Both the position numbers and the translations under genes were made by a program. The notes under the pieces were generated by a model. The model had not been told where the DNA came from, searched no databases, and saw nothing but the letters and a program-made list of their open reading frames with translations. From Verrucomicrobiia bacterium (lineage in GTDB: Bacteria; Verrucomicrobiota; Verrucomicrobiia; Limisphaerales; UBA11358), in NCBI GenBank assembly GCA_036511615.1, contig DATCBW010000220.1, forward strand, positions 1-57,990: DNA of 57,990 bases, given 5' to 3'. Position 1 is the first letter of the stretch. Each line of letters opens with the position of its first letter. Shown piece by piece: positions 9,587-17,040 of this stretch.

Positions 9587-11365
9587 ATGAGACTTTGCGA
9601 AGAATCCGAATTTAAGAACCAGCGCGTTGCACCAAACAGATGTTGGAACGAGTTGACGGGAGATTTTCTTACAGAAGCGATGGGCGACATTTACCACAAC
9701 CGCGAAAAACTACTTGCCTGTTATGCTGCGGCTCGTCAGCTTCAAGAAGACGAAGACGACTATCCAAAACAGATAATTCAACATGTATTGAGTTCTCAAA
9801 GACAATCAGCTGAACGAAAATTATTTATTATTTATGGACCACCAGGCATCGGAAAAACTACATATTTAGCAAATGTTTTTCGCCAGCGAGCGGAAGCGGA
9901 GGCAGCAAATCATGCAATTGTTCCGATTTTTTTCGATCTTCGTAATACGAGTGATTTTGATAAGCTGCCGGAGAGATTTGCTGAACACGTTTTTGAGGAG
10001 TTTATCGACGTGCATCCTTTATTTAAGGAAGATGCAGAAGAAAACACACGTTTGCGAGCTTATGCCGAAGTTTTTAAGGATCGGTTAAAGCAACAGGTCG
10101 TTGGTTTTGAGTGGAAACGCTTTTCGAGCTTTGTGAAACAGACAGGAAACCGAGATAAGCTCCAACGTGTAATTGAAGAACGATATCTTGCTAATCGTCC
10201 ATTCTCCGCACAACTGCTTTCTCGCTTTATCGCATCAAAGAATTCACTAATACCCGTATTTATTATCGACAATTTTGACCATCAGGAAGGTAATCTTGGA
10301 AATCACGCTCGCGTGTTCGCGTTTGTAAAACAAATCCTTTTTGACTACGGATTTCCTGTTTTCATGCCCATGCGGAATTATACATATGCCGATTCCTACG
10401 ATAGATATGGTTTTATTGAAGCTGATCGTGTGCGAACAAAGGCGCTATCTGTTCCCAAACTCGAAAAGGTTTTCCAACGTCGGAAGGAATATATTTTGGC
10501 CAACATCGGCAATAACATTGAAGTTAAAATGGCTGGAAAGCGTTTTGAAATTAGTCCTGATAGTATGCGCTCCACAGTTGAAGAGACTCTGGCTGGCGTT
10601 TTCAACACGCCAGAAAATATGCACTTTTTGCAGGGTATTTCTGGAGACAATTGTCGCGTGTTTCTGGACATGGTGGCGAATGTGATTTCATCTGGTCATA
10701 TTACTGTAAACCAGAACACAACCAAAGTGCCATTTAAGTCCTTTTTGCGGGCATCTATGTGTGCTAATCATCTTGTCTTTCGTCCGCAAGATCGTCGTGT
10801 TCCTGTCATCAATGTTTTTGATAACGAAGGGCCTGTTGGAAGTAAAAACACGTTGGTGCGAATACGCATCCTTCAATTATTGCGAGATATTTCTAGTTCG
10901 ATGACTGTGGCAGATATTTGCAATGAACTTTCCTTGCTTCAATACTCATCTGAAATTGTGAAGCTCGCTCTTCGCCGAATGTTGGAGCAGGGGCTTTTGA
11001 AAGAAACGCCTTACTACCAAGGGGCAAATAAAATGACCGCTCACACAGAACTCGAACTTGATCCAATAGGAATCTATTATTTAGAGGAATTGGCGGTCAA
11101 CCATGTATATTTTGAGATAATGACTGGTTCAATAAATTTACCGATAGTTATGAAGCGACACCTTGTAAATTTAGCACCCACAAATTCCGAAACAAAAGTT
11201 CAGCATGATAAGCGATTTAGTTCGTTACGGGCAGTCGTAGATTGGGTTCGCGAATTTGAGATTCAGGATGAAAAACAGTTTCCACAGCTTGATTATTCAA
11301 AAAGATTTTATCGCATTTCAGATTCCATAGAATCGCGTATTTCTGATACATATATCGAAGGTTAA
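9587..11365 (+). CDS. Orc1/Cdc6-like AAA+ ATPase with winged-helix-like C-region (low-GC cassette gene 2)
   Basis: Walker A GPPGIGKTT, Walker B-like VFIIDNFDH, lid motif GDNCRVFLDMV, wHTH-like TVADICNELSLLQYSSEIVKLALRRMLEQGLLKE. Start may instead be an internal Met (MGDIYHN). Confidence 0.7.
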   Translation: MRLCEESEFKNQRVAPNRCWNELTGDFLTEAMGDIYHNREKLLACYAAARQLQEDEDDYPKQIIQHVLSSQRQSAERKLFIIYGPPGIGKTTYLANVFRQRAEAEAANHAIVPIFFDLRNTSDFDKLPERFAEHVFEEFIDVHPLFKEDAEENTRLRAYAEVFKDRLKQQVVGFEWKRFSSFVKQTGNRDKLQRVIEERYLANRPFSAQLLSRFIASKNSLIPVFIIDNFDHQEGNLGNHARVFAFVKQILFDYGFPVFMPMRNYTYADSYDRYGFIEADRVRTKALSVPKLEKVFQRRKEYILANIGNNIEVKMAGKRFEISPDSMRSTVEETLAGVFNTPENMHFLQGISGDNCRVFLDMVANVISSGHITVNQNTTKVPFKSFLRASMCANHLVFRPQDRRVPVINVFDNEGPVGSKNTLVRIRILQLLRDISSSMTVADICNELSLLQYSSEIVKLALRRMLEQGLLKETPYYQGANKMTAHTELELDPIGIYYLEELAVNHVYFEIMTGSINLPIVMKRHLVNLAPTNSETKVQHDKRFSSLRAVVDWVREFEIQDEKQFPQLDYSKRFYRISDSIESRISDTYIEG

Positions 11366-11371
11366 AAAAAT

Positions 11372-12826
11372 ATGAGCAAAACACTTTATCTTTCACCTCC
11401 AAGTTTCGACGGTTTTGACGGCGGCGCGGGCGCGCGTTATCAGGCGCGGCGCGAAGTCACCAGCTATTGGTATCCGACATGGCTCGCGCAACCCGCCGCG
11501 CTCACGCCGAATTCCAAATTGCTCGACTGTCCGCCGCACGACATTGACTTGAAAAAGTGCCTCGCCATCGCGAAGGATTTCAATCACGTCATCATCAACA
11601 CCTCCACGCCGTCGCTGAAAAACGATTGCAAGGTCGCCGAGGCCATCAAGGCGCAGAAGCCGGACACGAAGATCGGTTTTGTCGGCGCGCACACGATGGT
11701 GTTGCCGACGGAAACTTTGAAGGCGTCGCCGGCGATTGATTGGGTTGGCCGCAAGGAATTTGATTTCACCTGCAAAGAAGTCGCCGAAGACCGCGAGCTT
11801 TCAACCATTGCCGGTTTGTCTTACAAAGACAAGGACGGAAAAATTAAACATAATTCCGAACGCGAAATGATCCAGGACATGGACACACTGCCGTGGGTGG
11901 CGGATGTCTATAAGCGCGATTTGCAGATTGAAAAATATTTCATCGGCTACCTGCTGCATCCTTACATTTCAATGTATACCGGACGCGGCTGTCCGGCGCA
12001 GTGCAGCTTCTGCCTCTGGCCGCAGACCATCGGCGGGCACAAATACCGCGTCCGTTCGCCGCAGAACGTCGCGGACGAGATGGCCTACATGAAGAAAATT
12101 TTTCCACAGGTGCGCGAATTTTTCTTTGACGACGACACGTTCACGGCAAATCTCCCGCGCGCCCGCGAAATCGCGAAGAAGCTTGGTCCGCTTGGCGTTC
12201 ACTGGAGCTGCAACAGCCGCGCGAACCTTGATTACGACACGATAAAATCTTTCAAGGACCACGGCCTGCGGCTGTTCCTGGTCGGCTACGAAAGCGGCAA
12301 CGACGACATTCTCACCCGCATTAAAAAAGGCGTGACAATGGACGAGATGCGCCGTTTCACCAAGGCCTGCCACCAGGCGGACGTGGTGATTCATGGCACA
12401 TTTATTCTCGGCCTGCCGGTCGAGACCAAGGAGACGATTGAGCGGACGATCAATTTTGCGAAGGAGCTGGACGTGTTCTCGCTGCAAGTTTCGCTCGCCG
12501 CGCCGTATCCGGGCACGGAGCTTTACGAGCAGGCCAAGCTCAACGGCTGGTTCGTGAAAAAGGACAAGACTGACCTCGTTGAGTCTGACGGCCTTCAGCA
12601 AAGCACGCTCGAATATCCCGGCGCGTCGAAGGAGGAAATTTTCGAGGCCGTGGACCGTTTCTACCGCACCTATTACCTGCGGCCAAAACCAATTCTGCGC
12701 ATCATCAAGACGATGCTCGAAGACAAGGACATTCTCGTTCGCCGCTGCCGGGAAGGCTATGAATTTTTCAAGAGCCTTAACCAGCGGAAACATGACTTGG
12801 CGGCGGCAAAGGCGGCGGCAGCGTAA
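11372..12826 (+). CDS. hpnJ: B12-binding radical-SAM protein, hopanoid biosynthesis HpnJ-like
   Basis: N-terminus LSPPSFDGFDGGAGARYQARREV..WYPTWLAQPAA and cluster GRGCPAQCSFC match my memory of the HpnJ family. Confidence 0.8.
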   Translation: MSKTLYLSPPSFDGFDGGAGARYQARREVTSYWYPTWLAQPAALTPNSKLLDCPPHDIDLKKCLAIAKDFNHVIINTSTPSLKNDCKVAEAIKAQKPDTKIGFVGAHTMVLPTETLKASPAIDWVGRKEFDFTCKEVAEDRELSTIAGLSYKDKDGKIKHNSEREMIQDMDTLPWVADVYKRDLQIEKYFIGYLLHPYISMYTGRGCPAQCSFCLWPQTIGGHKYRVRSPQNVADEMAYMKKIFPQVREFFFDDDTFTANLPRAREIAKKLGPLGVHWSCNSRANLDYDTIKSFKDHGLRLFLVGYESGNDDILTRIKKGVTMDEMRRFTKACHQADVVIHGTFILGLPVETKETIERTINFAKELDVFSLQVSLAAPYPGTELYEQAKLNGWFVKKDKTDLVESDGLQQSTLEYPGASKEEIFEAVDRFYRTYYLRPKPILRIIKTMLEDKDILVRRCREGYEFFKSLNQRKHDLAAAKAAAA

Positions 12827-13252
12827 GTCGTTTCAGAAAGTGAGAACCGTGTTTGGCAAATTAACATCCTGCAGACCCTGACGACACAGGCCTGCAATCT
12901 TAAACGCAGGCCGGACTTATGGCTTCCAAAAAACTGATGGCATGGCGGGTTAAAAGCCCGGCGGCAACGCCTGAACTCAAGGCGCGTCCGTCCGACCCAA
13001 AGCCAAAAGATCACCCCAGTGTTTCAACAGATTGACATCCGTTAAACCGGGCAGGACGCTAAAACAAAAACTCCTGCGCCGATCCCGCTTGCTGTTGCAA
13101 GGGAGGCAGTCGAATGGGACGGCTGCGTTTGAATTCCGCAACAACCGTGACGGCGGAACCGCCGCGACCACGGCGGCTGGCACGGCGAAACTTTTCGATC
13201 CGATGAGTGTTGCATTATGTAGCGCATGAGTGAACAGTAATGATACATTTTT

Positions 13253-14902
13253 ATGAAAAATTATTTTCATCGCAAAACCTGTCTCGGCGTCGCCGTCGCC
13301 ATTGCTGCCCTTGCCGGAACGGTCTGTCTGGCGCAAGACCAGCCCATGCCGCCGTCGGCGGATGACAGTGCGCTGCCGGTCAACATCACGCCCGGCAGTC
13401 CGCTGGCGGAAGTGGCCAAACTGGTCCAGGCGGGCGTGGATGCGGACACCATTAAAAGCTACATCGTCAATTGTTCAGGCGCGTTCAACCTGGACGCCGA
13501 CACGATCATTTTCCTGAAAGATGAAGGGCTTCCATCTGACCTGATCAACACCATGATGGAACACGACAAAGATTTTTCCGCTTCATCCCAGTCATCTGCA
13601 CCGCCGCCGGTCACCTCTGACGCAACGTCTGACGTCGCCGACACCGCGCCGCCGACCGCGCCGGTGACGGTGAATTATTTCTACGACACGCTGTCGCCTT
13701 ACGGTTCGTGGGTGGACATCGCCGGTTATGGCCGTTGCTGGCGGCCGACCGTGGTGATTTATGATTCGAGCTGGCAGCCCTATGGCGACCGCGGCCACTG
13801 GGTTTATACCGATTGCGGCTGGTATTGGGACTCGGATTATTCGTGGGGCGCCACTTTCCACTATGGACGCTGGTTCCGCGATTCGCGCTGGGGCTGGTGC
13901 TGGTGGCCGGACACGGTCTGGTCCGCGTCGTGGGTGACCTGGCGTTACAGCGACGACTACTGCGGCTGGGCGCCGCTGCCGCCGTTCACGGTCTTTCAGC
14001 CTGGCGTGGGATTCTATTATCGCGGTGCCGCCGTTGCGGCCGGATTTAACTTTGGGTTGGACGCGGATTTTTTCCTGTTTATCCCGGTCGGCCATTTTTG
14101 TGACCGTCGTCCGCGCAGCTACTGCGTGGCGCGCCCGCAGGCGGAGCAGATTTACCGGCGCGCAACCGTCATCAACAATTTTCACGACCAAAACCACCTC
14201 GTTGTCAACGGCGGCATTCCGGTGGAACGGATCAACAGCGTCACCCACCGCGACATCCGCCCGGTGGACGTCGGTGAAATTCGTGATGCCCGCCGCCAAG
14301 GCTGGCGCGGGGATGTCTCCAGCCCCGGAACGAGGAACGTGACCGACCGGCAGCCGGGCTTCAACCAGCCCTCACCCGTGCGCAACCGGGCTGGAAATGA
14401 CACCACGCCTTCACGCCCGCAAACTTTCACGCCGCCGGACAATCGTTCAGGCAACCGCAATTTCAACCAGTCCGATACGGCACGTCAAAACATGAATCCG
14501 CCGGCCAACAACAATAACCCTGCTGTCGGCTCGCCCTTCAACCGTGGCCGGCAAAACGACCAGTCACCGGGCAATGCCGGACGCAGCCAGTCGCCACCCG
14601 CAGTCAGTGAACCGTCGCGACGGGCCGAATCGCCTTTTACCACCACCCCGCGAACTCGTGCTGATGCGCCGGCAGCGCAGCAACCACAAATGACACAACC
14701 CGTCAGACCGCAGGCCGTGCCCGACCAGCCGCCGCGCAACTTCAACCGCCAAAACAACACCGATGTTGCTCCGAGATATTCAGTCCCGGCAAGTCCGCCG
14801 ACACCGCCGGCACAAACCCAGCCGTCGCAAAGCCAGCCACGCAACGCAGACCGTGGCGGAGACCAGAATGGCCGCAGTGGAGGCAGGCAGAATAATAACT
14901 GA
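13253..14902 (+). CDS. Secreted Trp-rich repeat protein (DUF6600-like) with long disordered P/Q/N/R tail
   Basis: Signal peptide (VAVAIAALAGTVCLAQD). W-rich core YGSWVDIAGYGRCWRP..YSWGATFHYGRWFRDSRWGWCWWP..CGWAPLPP. About 200 aa of low-complexity C-terminus. Confidence 0.6.
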   Translation: MKNYFHRKTCLGVAVAIAALAGTVCLAQDQPMPPSADDSALPVNITPGSPLAEVAKLVQAGVDADTIKSYIVNCSGAFNLDADTIIFLKDEGLPSDLINTMMEHDKDFSASSQSSAPPPVTSDATSDVADTAPPTAPVTVNYFYDTLSPYGSWVDIAGYGRCWRPTVVIYDSSWQPYGDRGHWVYTDCGWYWDSDYSWGATFHYGRWFRDSRWGWCWWPDTVWSASWVTWRYSDDYCGWAPLPPFTVFQPGVGFYYRGAAVAAGFNFGLDADFFLFIPVGHFCDRRPRSYCVARPQAEQIYRRATVINNFHDQNHLVVNGGIPVERINSVTHRDIRPVDVGEIRDARRQGWRGDVSSPGTRNVTDRQPGFNQPSPVRNRAGNDTTPSRPQTFTPPDNRSGNRNFNQSDTARQNMNPPANNNNPAVGSPFNRGRQNDQSPGNAGRSQSPPAVSEPSRRAESPFTTTPRTRADAPAAQQPQMTQPVRPQAVPDQPPRNFNRQNNTDVAPRYSVPASPPTPPAQTQPSQSQPRNADRGGDQNGRSGGRQNNN

Positions 14903-15088
14903 ACAGAGGTTGACAGCCTGACGCCGCAGGGACTCGGCCTGGCGTTTTTGCTTTTGCAACTTCGCCGCCGCTGGCAAAGTTTCCGCGTGGGCATTTCTCT
15001 CCGCCAGTTCGAGCAAATGAAAAACCGCGTCGCCGGTAAAACGTCGCGTGAATTTTTCCCACCGGTCGCGCGGCAGTCGCCACGCATT

Positions 15089-15589
15089 ATGCAAACAATT
15101 TTGGGCGTTGACCCGTCGCTGCGCGGCACCGGCTACGGCGTCATCCGCACCGGCAAGCCAAATCCGGTGGCGCTTGCGCAAGGAACGATTTCCTGCCCGA
15201 AGGACTGGGAACGCTCGCGCTGCCTCGCCAAAATTTCGCAGACGCTCCGCGACGTGCTGTTGGCATACAGCCCGGAAGTGTGCGTGATGGAAGGCCTGTT
15301 CTTTGCCCAAAATTTTAAAACGGCCATCGTCATGGGCGAGGCGCGCGGCGCGGCGATGGCAACCATTGCGGAGGCCGGACTCGATATTTATGAAATCGCC
15401 ACGCGCAAGGTGAAGCAGGCCATCGTCGGTCATGGCGCGGCGCAAAAACTCGCCGTTGCCAAAATGGTCCAGCGGATGCTGAACCTCGCCGAACTGCCCG
15501 CACCCGACGCGGCGGACGCCCTGGCACTCGCGCTCGCCCACGCGCAGGAAAATTCGCGAAACGGCCTGACACCGTTGAAGAAAATTTAG
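15089..15589 (+). CDS. ruvC: Holliday junction resolvase RuvC
   Basis: MQTILGVDPSLRGTGYGVI; C-terminal DAADALALALAH. ATG at 15089 preferred to the ORF-track start at 14948. Confidence 0.9.
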   Translation: MQTILGVDPSLRGTGYGVIRTGKPNPVALAQGTISCPKDWERSRCLAKISQTLRDVLLAYSPEVCVMEGLFFAQNFKTAIVMGEARGAAMATIAEAGLDIYEIATRKVKQAIVGHGAAQKLAVAKMVQRMLNLAELPAPDAADALALALAHAQENSRNGLTPLKKI

Positions 15590-15590
15590 G

Positions 15591-15704
15591 ATGATCATGG
15601 CAACGACTTTTATGATTCCTTGGTGGATGGTTATTGCGGCGGTTACAGCCGTGCTTTTGATTGTTGCTTTGATCATTTGGTTAATCCAGCAGTTCAAAGA
15701 TTAG
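15591..15704 (+). CDS. Possible 37-aa hydrophobic micro-protein between ruvC and ruvA
   Basis: Own translation: MIMATTFMIPWWMVIAAVTAVLLIVALIIWLIQQFKD. Starts 2 nt after the ruvC stop and ends 2 nt before the ruvA ATG. Below the ORF-track size cut-off. Confidence 0.3.
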   Translation: MIMATTFMIPWWMVIAAVTAVLLIVALIIWLIQQFKD

Positions 15705-15706
15705 AC

Positions 15707-16312
15707 ATGATCACCTTTCTCAACGGCAAACTCGTCGAGGCGCTGCCCACGCAGGTCATCGTGGACGTGAACGGCGTCGGCTACGAGGCGCTCATTCCGT
15801 TGTCGTCGTTTGACAAGTTGCCCGCGCCCGGCGGCGACGTGAAGCTGCTCACGCAGCTCATCATCCGCGAGGACGCACACACGCTTTACGGATTCATGTC
15901 GGCGGCGGAACGCGACTTGTTCCGCCTGCTCATCAACAGTGTCAGCGGCATCGGCCCGAAAACGGCGCTGAACATTTTGAGCGGCATGAACGTCGTGGTG
16001 TTTCGCGGCGCGGTGGCAAATGGCGACGTGAAATCGCTCTCGCAAATTTCCGGCGTCGGCAAAAAGACCGCCGAGCGCATCGTCGTGGAACTGCGCGACA
16101 AAATCGGCGCGGCCGGCGCGCTGGAGGCCGCGAGCGCAAAGCACGCGCTGTCGCCTGCCGACCAGAAAATGAACGACGCCATCCTTGCGCTCATGGCGCT
16201 GGGCTTCAAGCAAGTCGAGGCGCACGACGCCGTCCGCGCCGCCCAGACGATGCTCGGTGCGGCGGCGTCCGTCGAGCAACTGGTGCGCGCCTGCTTGAAA
16301 AAAGGAGCGTGA
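15707..16312 (+). CDS. ruvA: Holliday junction branch migration protein RuvA
   Basis: MITFLNGKLVE..VNGVGYEALIPLSS; HhH motifs VSGIGPKTALNIL and ISGVGKKTAERIV. Confidence 0.9.
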   Translation: MITFLNGKLVEALPTQVIVDVNGVGYEALIPLSSFDKLPAPGGDVKLLTQLIIREDAHTLYGFMSAAERDLFRLLINSVSGIGPKTALNILSGMNVVVFRGAVANGDVKSLSQISGVGKKTAERIVVELRDKIGAAGALEAASAKHALSPADQKMNDAILALMALGFKQVEAHDAVRAAQTMLGAAASVEQLVRACLKKGA

Positions 16313-17037
16313 TGTCCGCCGAAAATCCGCCAGCCCGGACGCCGGACGCCGGACACCAGACCCGCAAGTCCGGTGTGATAATCCCCCATTCTCCGAAGTG
16401 GCGTCAGCAGCTTGCGGCGTTCCTGATCTGCCTCGTGATGAACCTGATTGCGGCGACCGTTCGTTACCGCGTGAACGACCCGCATGGCTTTCTGGCACGC
16501 AAGGAAATTGGCCAGGCGATTTATTGCCTGTGGCACAACCGGCTGGCCTTGAGCGTGAAAATTTATTTCGCGTTCGGCCGCCGCCATCACGACGCGCCGG
16601 GCGTGGCCGGTCTCGTCAGTGCCAGCAAGGACGGCGCGCTGCTAGCCGCGATTTTTGAACGCTTCGGCGTGCTGCCCGTGCGCGGTTCCAGCAGCCGGCG
16701 CGGGCCGCAGGCGTTGCGCGAACTGACGACGTGGGCCGGACGCGGCTACGATCTCGCCATCACGCCCGACGGCCCGCGCGGGCCGCGTTACGTCGTGGCC
16801 GACGGCGCGGTGGCGCTTGCGCAAATCACCGGCCTGCCGATTGTGCCGTCGTCGTATCATCTGAACTGGAAAATCCAGTTGAAAAGCTGGGACGGTTTTC
16901 AAATTCCGCTGCCGTTCGCGCGCTGCGAAGTCACGGCGGGCCGGGTCTTCTTTGTCCCGCCGGAGGCCGGCGATGAAGAACGTGAAAAACTGCGGCAGGA
17001 ACTGGAAGCCGAACTGCGCGCCATCACGCGCGATTGA
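16309..17037 (+). CDS. DUF374 / lysophospholipid acyltransferase-family protein
   Basis: CLWHNRL..SASKDGALLAAIFERFGVLPVRGSSSRRG..AITPDGPRGP is typical of DUF374. ATGA overlap with the ruvA stop. Confidence 0.7.
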   Translation: MMSAENPPARTPDAGHQTRKSGVIIPHSPKWRQQLAAFLICLVMNLIAATVRYRVNDPHGFLARKEIGQAIYCLWHNRLALSVKIYFAFGRRHHDAPGVAGLVSASKDGALLAAIFERFGVLPVRGSSSRRGPQALRELTTWAGRGYDLAITPDGPRGPRYVVADGAVALAQITGLPIVPSSYHLNWKIQLKSWDGFQIPLPFARCEVTAGRVFFVPPEAGDEEREKLRQELEAELRAITRD

Positions 17038-17040
17038 AAA

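Noticed and set aside
12827-13252. 426-nt non-coding gap after hpnJ, inspected for a riboswitch, tRNA or other RNA
   Set aside because: I recognised no conserved riboswitch core, tRNA arms or promoter/terminator pair. Only a weak 7-bp stem (ggcctgc...gcaggcc). The gap is left unannotated.
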